Assembly: GCA_964593065.1 (NCBI GenBank)
Contig: CAZQGO010000001.1
Coordinates: forward strand, 350,082-414,081
Direction of reading: 5' to 3'
From: an uncultured bacterium
Lineage (GTDB): Bacteria; Oederibacteriota; JAAXVQ01
Length of the DNA: 64,000 nt
Shown here: positions 37,417 through 47,156 of the stretch, in pieces
Layout: every line of letters starts with the position of its first letter
Position numbering within the stretch: position 1 is the stretch's first letter
The notes under the pieces: generated by a model
The model's database searches: none
Told to the model about the DNA's origin: nothing
Seen by the model: only the letters and a program-made list of their open reading frames with translations
Translations under genes and position numbers: made by a program

Positions 37417-38156
37417 TTATTCCCCTCGATGCTTTTGATCGCATGCTGCAGGCCCTCCCGCAGGGTATTGCGGGTGGTGAACTGTTCGACCTCGATGCCG
37501 ATCTTGACCAGAATCGAGGCCACTTCCGCGGAGATGCCCGTGATGATGGCGTCGCTGCCGAGGATTTTCACGGCCTTGACCGTCTTGATCAGATGCTGCG
37601 CCACCATGGAGTCGATTACGGGGACGCCCGTGATGTCGATGATGGCCACCTTGGCCCGGTACTGGGTGATGCTGTTCAACAGACGCTCCATGGCGTCCTG
37701 CGCCCGGTTGCTGGTCAAGGTGCCGATGAGCGGCATGACGATGACGCCTTCCCAGGTATACAGGACGGGCGTGGAGAGCTCCTTCAATAATTCCTCCAGG
37801 ATCGAACGCTCCGCCACTTTCTCGATGGCGGTGTTGATCCCCTTGCCGAGGGCGGCCAGGGCTTCCTGCTCAAAGTCCATGGGCACGCGCACCTTCAGAT
37901 TGCCCTCGGCCACCTGGTTGAGGACATTCAGGAATTGGGCGATGGCCAGGGACAGTTCCATGGATTGATTGACGGAGTCCTCGTATACCGAGGCGATGTG
38001 GTTGATGTATTCCGACATCTCGTCCACGATGCGAATGCCCGTCGCCTCGCCCCCCAACCTGGCCTTGATGTCCCCTTCGACCAGCTTTTTCAGGACATCA
38101 ATGTGTTGCGCCAGCGCCGAGCCCAAGTCCGGGTTGTTTTGTGGCGGTTTTGACAT
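37413..38156 (-). CDS. RsbR-like stressosome protein (N-terminal sensor domain + C-terminal STAS)
   Basis: The C-terminal STAS domain is VIVMPLIGTLTSNRAQDAMERLLNSI...IIDITGVPVIDS. The N-terminal ~130-aa domain is helical. Start set to the ATG at 38156, which has a strong RBS AAGAGGAGGA. The ORF track start 38222 would overlap the TusA-like gene. Confidence 0.7.
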   Translation of the reverse strand: MSKPPQNNPDLGSALAQHIDVLKKLVEGDIKARLGGEATGIRIVDEMSEYINHIASVYEDSVNQSMELSLAIAQFLNVLNQVAEGNLKVRVPMDFEQEALAALGKGINTAIEKVAERSILEELLKELSTPVLYTWEGVIVMPLIGTLTSNRAQDAMERLLNSITQYRAKVAIIDITGVPVIDSMVAQHLIKTVKAVKILGSDAIITGISAEVASILVKIGIEVEQFTTRNTLREGLQHAIKSIEGNK

Positions 38157-38193
38157 GAAATCCTCCTCTTCGCGGGAAATTCGTGGCGCGGAT

Positions 38194-38418
38194 TTAAAAT
38201 TGAATTTTACAGTGAAACACACCCGCTGCGTCCTTCTGGATCAACAGCAGCGGTTTCCCCACCCGCTCGCACCAGGTTTTGACGTCCTGCTCGAACGTCG
38301 GACAGTTGGCCTCGGCCTCCATGACATCGCCGGGTTTCATGTCCACGGATTTGGCCGTGATTTTCAAGATGGGTTGCGGGCAGCGCAGGCCCTTTAAATC
38401 CAAGGTTACCGTCGCCAT
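38194..38418 (-). CDS. TusA-like sulfurtransferase / two-layer sandwich CPxP protein
   Basis: MATVTLDLKGLRCPQPILK carries the conserved CPxP motif. 74 aa. Confidence 0.75.
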   Translation of the reverse strand: MATVTLDLKGLRCPQPILKITAKSVDMKPGDVMEAEANCPTFEQDVKTWCERVGKPLLLIQKDAAGVFHCKIQF

Positions 38419-38621
38419 GGGTGAAGCCTCCTTAAGAAAGTGATGGTGATCCGCCAATCTGCCGGCGGCCCGGGGGTGAAATTCCAAGCCGCGCCTTGCA
38501 CACGCTCAGATCCGCCCCTCCTTTCCCTCCGCCGGCCCGTCGCCGCGGAGTCCGAAAGTCAATAGAATATGGTAATAATCGCATATCCGGGGCAAAAGGT
38601 ATAACTAAAAAACACGGAAGA

Positions 38622-39620
38622 TCAAATTACCTTGGCCAATAACAACGTCCTGTCGTCGTGGGTCTTGCCGTATTCCTTCATCAAGTCATTGATCAGATGA
38701 ATGGGCCGGTAGACCCGGCGCGACAGGGGGATGGTCAACTTGCTGGAAAGGCCGTCGGAAAACATGGCGATAATGGAGCCCTTGACCAGCGGGAATTCCT
38801 GCACGTCCAGGGTGCGGGAGATGTCGCCGGCGATTCCCTCCTTCGCGAAGGGATACAGCGCCGTCTCTTCGCCCGGAGGAAATATTTTCGTCGTCACGTC
38901 ACCCAGGCCGCAAAACCGGAGCGTATTGGCGGTGTAATCCAGGCGGACCGCGGAAATGGCCACGCCGCGGACTTTCTGGTCCTTGATGAAATCATGGACG
39001 CGGTAAATCAGCGTATCGAGCTCGGTGTGGGGGTTTTGCAGGATGAAATCCCGCACCGCGGTGGCGCTCCGGCAGGCGTCCTCGCCGTGTCCCAGCGCGT
39101 CCATCACGACCAGCAGGTCGTGTTTGTTCTTGTGGATGATATAGCCGTCGCCGTTGCACTTGTCGTGAAACAGCACCGGATAGGAAAGGACCGCGACCTC
39201 GATGCGGTTGGGGAAATCCTCGCAGTACTTGGTCGCGCGAATCCGCAGGATGTGGCCTTCCTGTTCATAGGTGACGATGTCGGAGGTGCGGTTGATGATG
39301 CCCAGGCCGATCCCGAGGCTTTTCCGGGTCGTGATGCCGTCCTGCTCGGCGCCTTCGGGAAGCGCGCCGATGTTTTCGGAGATGATTTCGATGAACGGAT
39401 TGTCCGCGCGGTGGTAGACGATGCGGATTTTGCCCTTGCCGCTGTGGCGGAGAATATTTTCACATAATTCGCCGGCAATGAGGGACATTTCGTGGATCTT
39501 TTTCTGGTAGAGGTTGTATTTCACCTGCAGGTATTTGAAAACGTTGGCGACGGTCAAAAGATCGCCCTGGTTCTGGATTCGGATCACGTTGTTGACGGTT
39601 TCGTGGTTGCTATTTTCCAA
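38622..39620 (-). CDS. fusion protein: N-terminal RsbW-like HATPase kinase domain + C-terminal PP2C (SpoIIE/RsbU-type) phosphatase
   Basis: The N-terminal HATPase domain carries ELCENILRHS...GIGLGII. The C-terminal PP2C region carries DGYIIHKNKHDLLVVMDALGHGEDA...AMFSDGLSS. Confidence 0.75.
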   Translation of the reverse strand: MENSNHETVNNVIRIQNQGDLLTVANVFKYLQVKYNLYQKKIHEMSLIAGELCENILRHSGKGKIRIVYHRADNPFIEIISENIGALPEGAEQDGITTRKSLGIGLGIINRTSDIVTYEQEGHILRIRATKYCEDFPNRIEVAVLSYPVLFHDKCNGDGYIIHKNKHDLLVVMDALGHGEDACRSATAVRDFILQNPHTELDTLIYRVHDFIKDQKVRGVAISAVRLDYTANTLRFCGLGDVTTKIFPPGEETALYPFAKEGIAGDISRTLDVQEFPLVKGSIIAMFSDGLSSKLTIPLSRRVYRPIHLINDLMKEYGKTHDDRTLLLAKVI

Positions 39621-40171
39621 CTGTTCCCATCCTTCTGCAAGGCCCGGGCCGCCCCGGCAGCCGAGTTTCGGATAAACGGGCCGTAAAGGATCAATCCCGC
39701 GGCAAGCGAAAATCCCGGCGGAAAACCGGCATTTTTTCCATCATAGCGAAATGTCACCCGGAGGTAAAGAACATTCTTTTCTCGCCTGCCGCTCCCTTGA
39801 GAGCAAGCATTCATAAATTTGACACCACGCGATGAAAAATTCCGGGCAGAGTCCGGTCAGAGTGTGGAATACCGCTGTCGCGGGTGGAAGCCGTCCAGGC
39901 TGCCGCAGGCGGAGCGCCAAGGGGATCGATTCCTGCAACGGTGATGAAATCCCGGCAGGCTGCCGGATTTTCGGCTGCCTGGGGAGGAAGCGGGAATGGA
40001 AGCCGGCCTGAATTTGTTCTTTTCTTAGAATGACCGTCAGTGAAAACCCTTGCCGGGCAAGCAGATGTTCGCCCCCGCAGTCATCACCGGCGATAAATTC
40101 ATGGCGCCGCGGCCTTGGCATGAAACCTGCTTCATAACAAAGGGGGGAATCGAATACCGGGAGGGAATAAC

Positions 40172-40510
40172 ATGAACAAAGTGATCGCAGTAGTATTTGT
40201 GTTGACGGCGGGTGTCTTGCTCCTCGGCATCCGTCCCCTTCAGGCCGGCACACAAGATCCGGGAGTCAATGTCCGGCAAAAAATGCAGCATGAACGGATC
40301 CGGGAAGGCGCGCAGAGCGGGGAACTGACGGCCGGCGAAGCCGTGCAGCTGAAGGCCCAGCAAGGACGTATCCGCCGCAGCGAGCGCCGCATGAAAGCGG
40401 ACGGGGAATTGACGGCGGAGGAACGCGCACGCCTGCAGCGCAAGCAAAACCGCGCCAACCGCAATATAAACCGCAAGAAGCACAACGACCGCAAACCCGC
40501 GGAGGAATAA
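40172..40510 (+). CDS. small secreted protein with internal duplication of an LTxxE/Q-type repeat (divergent CpxP/Spy-like?)
   Basis: Signal peptide. Two repeats: GELTAGEAVQLKAQQGRIRRSERRMKAD and GELTAEERARLQRKQNRANRNI. Basic C-terminus. A terminator-like hairpin is downstream (40538-40565). Confidence 0.5.
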   Translation: MNKVIAVVFVLTAGVLLLGIRPLQAGTQDPGVNVRQKMQHERIREGAQSGELTAGEAVQLKAQQGRIRRSERRMKADGELTAEERARLQRKQNRANRNINRKKHNDRKPAEE

Positions 40511-40594
40511 ATTCCCTTCGTCCCGGCCGACCGGGCCCGGCAGTGTTGGGCCCGGTTCTTAACATTCCTGCGCCCGGGAATACGGCCGGGGCCC

Positions 40595-43150
40595 TTATTT
40601 TTTTCTCCGCCGGGTTTTGGCCTTCGCGGTGGCCTTGGCTTGGCGGGGATCGTCCGGCCAGGGGTGACGCGGGTAGCGGCCCATGAGTTCCTTTTTCACC
40701 TGTGCATAGGTCCGGTCCCAAAACCCGTCCAAGTCGCGCGTGCGCTGGACCGTGCGTCCGGCCGGGCTCAACAGATCCAGCATGAGCGCCTGGCCGCAGA
40801 GCCTCGGCGTGGTCACGCAGCCGAAAAACTCCTGCAGCCGCGCGGACAGGACCGGCACATCTCCGCTCTCATAATCCAGCCGTTTGCCCGAACCGGAAGG
40901 CAGCCTCAGGCTTTCCGGCGCCAGCTGGTCCAGGAGCAGCCGGCGTTCCCGCCCCAGATGAAACTCCAGGGCGTGCAACAGAGACGTCTCGTCCCAAACA
41001 GCGCCTCCCCGCCAATTTCCGAAGGGAAGCAGCCAGCTGTCGGCCGATGCCACCAGCCTGTCATCGGAAAATTCCGGCCACCCGGCCACGCGTCCCCATT
41101 GTCCCACGAACCGGCAGCGGGCCAGGAAGCGCCTGGCAGCGGGGTTCCAGGGGAGATCCGCCAAGCCCCGGTCTTGAAGCCTGGAAAGCGCCGCGTTCCG
41201 GAATTCGCCGGGCTCCGGAAGCCCGGCTGGTTTTTCCTTCAGAACCATGGCCCCCAGCCTGACTTCCGACCTGCAGCGGGGCTTCCAGCCCTGCCATTCC
41301 AGGACCCGGGTCTCGCGCAGCGGCCCGGCCCGGCCCGATTCGAGGTCGCGCAGGGAAACCGGGGCGGCCAGATAGATCCTCGCATCCTGCTCACCGCCGT
41401 CCAGGTCCGCCACCACCAGAAACTCCTCGCCGGCGAGCTCGCCTTGGATCCAGGCGCCGCGGCCCGATGCCAGGAGATAACGGGAGGTAACGGGATCATC
41501 GGAACGGGTCCTTTTCGCCGCCCGGTCGGGATAGGCCGAAAGCAGCAGCGGCCCGGCGTCCTCCGGCTCACAATTCAATCTCCCGGCCGTGCCTGCGCCG
41601 AATTTCCGCCTTTCCGGCTGCGCCGGAAGTTTTGCCAGCAGGCGGCGGGCGTCCTCCCGGACCCGCCGGGCGGCGTCCGCGTCGCCTGCGTGAGTTTGGC
41701 CGGCGGCCCAGGCGCCGAACGTCGCCAGGCGTTCGCGGAAATCCGCATCCCGTCCCGGGATCAGGTCGTCGTTTTCCAGAAACGCGGCGATCACGGCCGC
41801 GGTTTCGGTCCGGGCCCGGGAACCGGCGTCCAGCACCATTTTCCCCAGGCGCGGATGGACCGAGAGTCCGGCCGCCTCTTTCCCGGACGGAGTGATCCGG
41901 CCTTCCGGGCCCAGCAATCCCAATCCGGCCAGCAGTTCCAGCGCCTGCCGGCCCGCTGCTTGCGGCGGCGGGGTCAGCCACGTCAAATCCCAGGGGGAGG
42001 CCGCGCCCCACAAGGAGGTTTCCAGAACCAGGGACGCCAGGTCGGTTTGCAGGATTTCCGGCCTGGAAAAAGCCTCGCGGAATTCATCCTCGCGCCACCA
42101 CCGGTAGCAAATCCCGGGGCCGTTCCTGCCGGCGCGGCCCTTGCGCTGCTCGGCGGAGGCCTGGCTGATCTTTCCGGTCTCCCGGTGATCCAGTCCCGTG
42201 CGGGGCGAGAAGCGCACGCTCCGTTCGAGGCCGGTGTCGACCACGGCCGTCACCCCGGGAACCGTGAGGCTGGTCTCGGCCACGTTGGTCGCGAGTATGA
42301 CGCGCGAACCGGACGCCGCAGCCGGATCCAGGATCCGGCGCTGCTGCTCGGGCGGCATGCGCCCGTGCAGCAGCAGCACCTCGGTCCCGGCTTCCGGCAG
42401 GCGCCGGCGCAGGATTTCCCGGGCGCGATGCATTTCCCGGTAGCCGGGTAAAAAGCACAAAATGGTTCCGCCGTGCCCGGGCCGCGGCGGGCGCAGCGCC
42501 TCCAGGCACAGGCGCGCCGCGCCGTCCCAGGGCGTTTCCCGGCCGGAGGCCGGCGGGCGATACTTTACTTCCACGGGATGCGCGCGGCCGGGCACCTCCC
42601 GCACGGGCCAGGGGCCGAACGCGAGCGCAATCTCCTCTTTCGGGAGCGTGGCCGACAGGAGAGCCAGCTTGAGGTCCGGGCGGAAAATCCGGCGCGCGTC
42701 CCAGGCCAGGGCCAGACCCAGATCGCCTTGGAGGCTGCGGGTATGGAATTCGTCGCAAAGGATGGCGCCGTATCCCGACAGGGACGGGTCCGCCTGCAGG
42801 AGGCGCGTGAGCACGCCTTCGGTCACCACTTCCAGCCGGGTGTGGCCGCTGACGAGGGTTTCCAGCCGGGTGCGCAGGCCGACGGTGCGGCCTGGTTTTT
42901 CCCCCAGGAGTGACGAGATGCGGTCCGCGGCCGCGCGGGCCGCCAGGCGGCGGGGTTCGAGGAGCAGGATTTTATTCCGGGCGAACGCGGGCAGGGACAG
43001 GAGTTTCCAGGGGAAGAGCGTGGTCTTGCCGGCCCCGGTCTCGGCCGAGAGCAGGAGCAGGCCCTCGCGCGCCAGGGTGCCGGAGATCTCGTCCAGGAAA
43101 GGGAAAATGGGGAGGTGCCGGATATTCTCGGACGGGCCGGAGCCGTTCAT
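40595..43150 (-). CDS. hrpB: ATP-dependent RNA helicase HrpB (DEAH-box)
   Basis: Walker A GAGKTT, a DEFH box (CDEFHTR), helicase C domain, HA2 and a C-terminal HrpB-specific domain. 851 aa. Confidence 0.9.
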   Translation of the reverse strand: MNGSGPSENIRHLPIFPFLDEISGTLAREGLLLLSAETGAGKTTLFPWKLLSLPAFARNKILLLEPRRLAARAAADRISSLLGEKPGRTVGLRTRLETLVSGHTRLEVVTEGVLTRLLQADPSLSGYGAILCDEFHTRSLQGDLGLALAWDARRIFRPDLKLALLSATLPKEEIALAFGPWPVREVPGRAHPVEVKYRPPASGRETPWDGAARLCLEALRPPRPGHGGTILCFLPGYREMHRAREILRRRLPEAGTEVLLLHGRMPPEQQRRILDPAAASGSRVILATNVAETSLTVPGVTAVVDTGLERSVRFSPRTGLDHRETGKISQASAEQRKGRAGRNGPGICYRWWREDEFREAFSRPEILQTDLASLVLETSLWGAASPWDLTWLTPPPQAAGRQALELLAGLGLLGPEGRITPSGKEAAGLSVHPRLGKMVLDAGSRARTETAAVIAAFLENDDLIPGRDADFRERLATFGAWAAGQTHAGDADAARRVREDARRLLAKLPAQPERRKFGAGTAGRLNCEPEDAGPLLLSAYPDRAAKRTRSDDPVTSRYLLASGRGAWIQGELAGEEFLVVADLDGGEQDARIYLAAPVSLRDLESGRAGPLRETRVLEWQGWKPRCRSEVRLGAMVLKEKPAGLPEPGEFRNAALSRLQDRGLADLPWNPAARRFLARCRFVGQWGRVAGWPEFSDDRLVASADSWLLPFGNWRGGAVWDETSLLHALEFHLGRERRLLLDQLAPESLRLPSGSGKRLDYESGDVPVLSARLQEFFGCVTTPRLCGQALMLDLLSPAGRTVQRTRDLDGFWDRTYAQVKKELMGRYPRHPWPDDPRQAKATAKAKTRRRKK

Positions 43151-43193
43151 GAGTCCGTGTATCGCATGGCCTTTTCGTATTTACGCCCCCGGA

Positions 43194-44093
43194 TCAATTC
43201 CACGGGCCGGAGGGGGTGAAAAAGTATTCCGCGGTGAAACGCGGGTCAAGGTCATGATAATAGTCCAGCCAGAGTTCGAACTTGGCCTTCAGCTTGGGAT
43301 ACTGTTCCAGAAGGTAATGATACCGTCCGGGGTCAAGGAAGAAGAAGGCAGAGAAATAGCAAAAATCCTCAGAAAATGAGGATCTGCAGAAATCGCTGAG
43401 AAAACCCTGTGCAAGCATTTCGGGTTGCGTCATGCCTCTTTTGATCCCGGCGGCCTGGATGGCGTTGTTGGGATAGACGAATCCACCGGGATTGAGGGCC
43501 TCCCAGCGCTTAAGGTTTTGGAAGGGCTTCTGGTGCAAGAGCAGATGAGCCAGTTCATGGTGGAACGCCAGGAATAAGTAATCTTCATCCATCTCCGGCC
43601 GGACAGCCATGAAAATGACGCCGGGTCCGCAGGTCGCACCGTAATCCACCCCATAGAAACTCATGCGCTTGGCCAAGGCGATCGTCTTGAGATGTTGTGC
43701 GACAAAACCCTTGGGATAGCGCGCCAGGGCCTGATTGAGAATGGCCGGCATGCGCCGGAGCTGGTCGGGCTCGATCTCCTCGCACTCTGCTCGGTATTCC
43801 GGAGAAGTGCGCCAATCAGGAAAAAAAGCAGCGCTATCCGACCGCAGCTTGAGATGGTATTTGCTCTCAATGGGCAGGAAAAGAAGCTTGGTTTTCGCCA
43901 AGAGGACGAAATCGTGCGGGCTCAGGCAGCCGGTCAGCCCGAGGCAGAACCCCGCAGAGATCCCGAGCAGGATGAATCGGGCCTGCCACGGGTGGCCTCG
44001 GTTTTCTCCGGAATTCCACAGACCCCGCGGGTCCGTTCGCACGTTTCGTATCCCGAATTTTCCGCGGGGAGAAAACGCTCTCGCCGGGTTCAT
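43194..44093 (-). CDS. putative lipoprotein with HExxH zinc-metallopeptidase-like motif
   Basis: The lipobox is LGLTGC. AFHHELAHLLLH contains HExxH. Its ATG overlaps the stop of the upstream TIGR03545-like gene (ATGA). The 790-aa ORF in the track is over-extended in a different frame from the overlapping upstream gene. Signal peptide length is uncertain. Confidence 0.55.
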   Translation of the reverse strand: MNPARAFSPRGKFGIRNVRTDPRGLWNSGENRGHPWQARFILLGISAGFCLGLTGCLSPHDFVLLAKTKLLFLPIESKYHLKLRSDSAAFFPDWRTSPEYRAECEEIEPDQLRRMPAILNQALARYPKGFVAQHLKTIALAKRMSFYGVDYGATCGPGVIFMAVRPEMDEDYLFLAFHHELAHLLLHQKPFQNLKRWEALNPGGFVYPNNAIQAAGIKRGMTQPEMLAQGFLSDFCRSSFSEDFCYFSAFFFLDPGRYHYLLEQYPKLKAKFELWLDYYHDLDPRFTAEYFFTPSGPWN

Positions 44094-46051
44094 TTGAAAA
44101 GCTTTTTCAGCTGGTCCTGCGCGCCTTTCTTCAATTGTTCCTCGGCCTTTTTCTTCTCCGCCTCCACGGCCTGCTGGGCCGCGGCCTGTTTTTCCTTGAT
44201 CAGGTTCTGCACGGCCGCGATTTGATCCTGCACCGACTTCTGCTGGTCCAGGATCGGGCCGAGCGCCGTGTTCTTGGAGAGCCCGTATTGCTCCAGAAGC
44301 TTCTGCTGCGAGTCCGCCGTATAGCGGTTGATTTCCGCCATGAGCTTGGACCGCAGTTCGGCCAGTTTTTCGCCGGCCATGGCCTTGAGCCGGTCGCCCA
44401 GAAGTTTGTCCAGGTTCGAGGAGAGGTTGAAGCGCAGGTCGCCGGCCTTGCCCGCAACCTGGGCGTCGACATGGACGCTGTCGATTCCGCGCCACAGCTC
44501 GGCCACCAGCTTCCGGACGTCGTCGCCGGCGCCCGCCTGCGCGGGCGAGGGGGCTCCCAGCCCGGTGAACCGGGCGGTCAGCGCGCAATCCAGCCGGTCG
44601 CCTTCCAGGGTCAGGAGGCTGTTCACGGCCAGCCGGCCCTCCCGGAAACGGGGCAGGTAATCCGATGCGGGCAGGTCCAGGGCCGCGGCGGAGAGCCCCC
44701 GGGCCGCGAGGGTGACCGTGTCCTTCGGCACGTCTCCGGTGTGGTCGAGCACCGCGCTCAAGGCGTACTCCCGGCCGCCCTGGGTGCCCTTGACCTCGGC
44801 CCTGGTCGGCGTCCCGAGCAAGCGGGGATCGGAGGTGACGTCGGTCACCCGGCCGGAGAAATCCACGGACTCGCCGGTCTTGCCGGCTCCGCCCGTGGAT
44901 CCGGACAGGGAAATTTTTTGAATCCAGAAGGCCGGCGGAACGTTGCGCCGCGGAAAGAACACGTCCATCCCTTTCAGGCGGGGCTGCGTGATTTTTTTCT
45001 GTTTCGCTTTGCGCGCCGGCATGTATTTCCGGGCCAGGTTGGCCAGGTCCACGAAACGCTGCACGCGGTTCAGCCACAGGGAGCCCACCAGGGACCGGGC
45101 CAGGTTGCCGAAGGAAAGGGAAGGCAGGTTGAGCTTGGAGGAGAGGGTCTGCAGGTCCTTTTCCTTCCATTCGTTCAGGCGCTGGGTCAGGCCCGCGGCC
45201 TGCCCGAAGTCGGTCTCGGCCCGCGACTTGAGGTCCTGCAGCTGTCCGCCCAGGGCCTGCAGCTCCTGGACCTTGCGCTGGGCGTTTTCGATCTTTTCCT
45301 TCGCGGCGGCCGCGTCCTGCGGGCTTTGCACCTGCAGGCCCTTGAGCTCCTCCAGGGCCGGTTGCACCGCCTGCAGCTTGGCCTGCACGTCGAGGGATTT
45401 GACCTGCCGCTCGTAATCCCCGGCCTTGTCCTGGTACGACTGCCGCAGAGCCTGGGCCTGCCGGATGGTTTCCAGTTCCTCGGGGCGAACCACGCCCTGC
45501 AGGGAAAGGCTCGAAACCTGGTCCTTGGCTTTTTGGATGTTTTCCCAGGCCGGCAGGGCCTGCCATTCCGACTTGGCCCGCGTTTCCAGGGTGGTCAGGA
45601 GTTTGCCGGTGGGGCTGTCCGCGGGCGCCAAACGCGCCGCGTAGCTCTTCTGTTGGGACGGGGGCAGGGCGCCTGAAGTCTTGCGGGCCGTGCCCCAGCG
45701 CACGCCCTCCAGGCTCAGTTCCGGGATATTGATCTTCTTGGAGAGCAGGGGCAGGAATTTCAGCCCGGCACGCGCGGAGGATAATTCGAAGAGGTTTTTC
45801 ATGGGCGCCTGCTTGTCGGCCACGGCCACGTCCCGGACGGTCAGGGTCAGTCCCGAGAAACGGAAGTGCACGGAAGCGATCTCCACCTTGGCGCCGAACA
45901 TCAGCTCGCCCAGGCGGATGAACCCGGCTTTCAGCAGGCCGTCGAGGAACAGGATATTGAAGGCCGTCACCAGCACGATGAGGATCAGGGCCGGGACGGC
46001 GTATTTCCAGCGGAAGAGAGCCGTACGCTTGGGTTTTTTCTCCTCAGCCAT
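44090..46051 (-). CDS. TIGR03545-like protein (N-terminal TM anchor, long coiled-coil-rich periplasmic/extracytoplasmic region)
   Basis: N-terminal TM (YAVPALILIVLVTAFNILF). Extended Q/K/E/A-rich helical segments. Paired with the TIGR03546-like small membrane protein downstream of the AT-rich island. Start at the ATG 46051, with a GAGGGT RBS. Confidence 0.55.
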   Translation of the reverse strand: MAEEKKPKRTALFRWKYAVPALILIVLVTAFNILFLDGLLKAGFIRLGELMFGAKVEIASVHFRFSGLTLTVRDVAVADKQAPMKNLFELSSARAGLKFLPLLSKKINIPELSLEGVRWGTARKTSGALPPSQQKSYAARLAPADSPTGKLLTTLETRAKSEWQALPAWENIQKAKDQVSSLSLQGVVRPEELETIRQAQALRQSYQDKAGDYERQVKSLDVQAKLQAVQPALEELKGLQVQSPQDAAAAKEKIENAQRKVQELQALGGQLQDLKSRAETDFGQAAGLTQRLNEWKEKDLQTLSSKLNLPSLSFGNLARSLVGSLWLNRVQRFVDLANLARKYMPARKAKQKKITQPRLKGMDVFFPRRNVPPAFWIQKISLSGSTGGAGKTGESVDFSGRVTDVTSDPRLLGTPTRAEVKGTQGGREYALSAVLDHTGDVPKDTVTLAARGLSAAALDLPASDYLPRFREGRLAVNSLLTLEGDRLDCALTARFTGLGAPSPAQAGAGDDVRKLVAELWRGIDSVHVDAQVAGKAGDLRFNLSSNLDKLLGDRLKAMAGEKLAELRSKLMAEINRYTADSQQKLLEQYGLSKNTALGPILDQQKSVQDQIAAVQNLIKEKQAAAQQAVEAEKKKAEEQLKKGAQDQLKKLFK

Positions 46052-46209
46052 GGCGATACCCTCGGAAAGTAGAATGACGGCGCCGGAACGCCTGACCCGC
46101 TGCGCGCGGACACTGCCCCCGGTCAAGGGGCAGGGAGATCACAAGCTTATCTCCGGGGAAAAACGGACACGCGCACTCCGCTATGCTCCCGCGCTGATTC
46201 CAGGCGAGG

Positions 46210-46728
46210 TCATCCCTTGTGCGCCTTGTCCCACAAGTTCCAGACCTTGGTCACCTTGAACCATTTCATGAAACCGGACTGAGCGACCTTCTCCCTCCAG
46301 TGTGCGCGGTAATAGCGCACGCCGGCGCTGATCCCCCACATGACCGGCGCAATGAGGATCAGGGAGAGAACGAAACTGCCCAGCACCACGGTATTGTTGA
46401 AGCGCGTGAAGGGCACAATGGGCAGATTGATCAGGCTGGTCCAGAGGGGTGTCAGGGAATCGGCCTGCACCAGGAGCGCGTATCCGATGGCGTGGGCCAG
46501 GGGATCCAGCAGAGCCGCTACGGCCGCGAACACGCCGGCGGCTAGAAACGCGGAACCGATGTTGACGTTCAGGAAAAAAACCAGCAGAAGCAGCACGATG
46601 TTCTGCGGTCCTCCCAGGGGCTGGAATCCCATGATCATCCCCAGGGCCACGCCGCCCGCCACCTGCAGCGGTGAATCCTCGGACTGCAAAACCCGCATCA
46701 AGCCGGTGATTGATTTCAAGCCGATCAT
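46210..46728 (-). CDS. TIGR03546-like small polytopic membrane protein
   Basis: 172 aa with 4 TM helices. Its N-terminus is conserved-looking (GGVALGMIMGFQPLGGPQNIVLLLLVFFLNVNIG). Confidence 0.55.
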   Translation of the reverse strand: MIGLKSITGLMRVLQSEDSPLQVAGGVALGMIMGFQPLGGPQNIVLLLLVFFLNVNIGSAFLAAGVFAAVAALLDPLAHAIGYALLVQADSLTPLWTSLINLPIVPFTRFNNTVVLGSFVLSLILIAPVMWGISAGVRYYRAHWREKVAQSGFMKWFKVTKVWNLWDKAHKG

Positions 46729-47099
46729 GGTCCGCCTCCTGGAAACCCTCGTCTCCTCCTGAAACGGCTAATTTTACTGCACCCCCTTTCCCATGGCAAT
46801 CAGGAAAACTGTCGAATGAAATATAGTTGGCCGGGATTCGACCGACCTGCCCGGGGATTTTATTCATGGCGTTCTTCATCTTCCGAATGCATACCTTGGC
46901 CCGTGTTTCCGACGGATCTGTTCGTGAAGGCAAACTCCGAAATCTTGCCTGGCAGCAAAAAAACGATGGGACGCAGCCAGGTATTAGTTATTAACCATTG
47001 TAATTAAATAAGTTATTTAAAATACGGTAATCCGATCCGGATAATGTTAATATTTTATGAATATTTAATTAATAATATTAATATAAATGAAATTAAATA

Positions 47100-47127
47100 T
47101 TGACAAAATTAATATTGATAATATAAT
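47100..47127 (+). promoter_or_regulatory. perfect sigma70 consensus promoter TTGACA-N16-TATAAT inside a 170-bp AT-rich island
   Basis: TTGACA at 47100-47105, a 16-nt spacer, TATAAT at 47122-47127. The RBS GGGAGG is at 47146-47151 and the ATG at 47157. The surrounding 46985-47150 is about 10-15% GC in a ~67% GC background. Confidence 0.5.
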
Positions 47128-47156
47128 ATTATTGAAATAATCAATGGGAGGACCAC

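Noticed and set aside
44094-45566. N-terminal 490 aa of the 790-aa ORF 43194..45566(-)
   Set aside because: It overlaps the TIGR03545-like gene on the same strand in a different frame and has low-complexity G/R/P-rich composition. The real lipoprotein gene begins at 44093.
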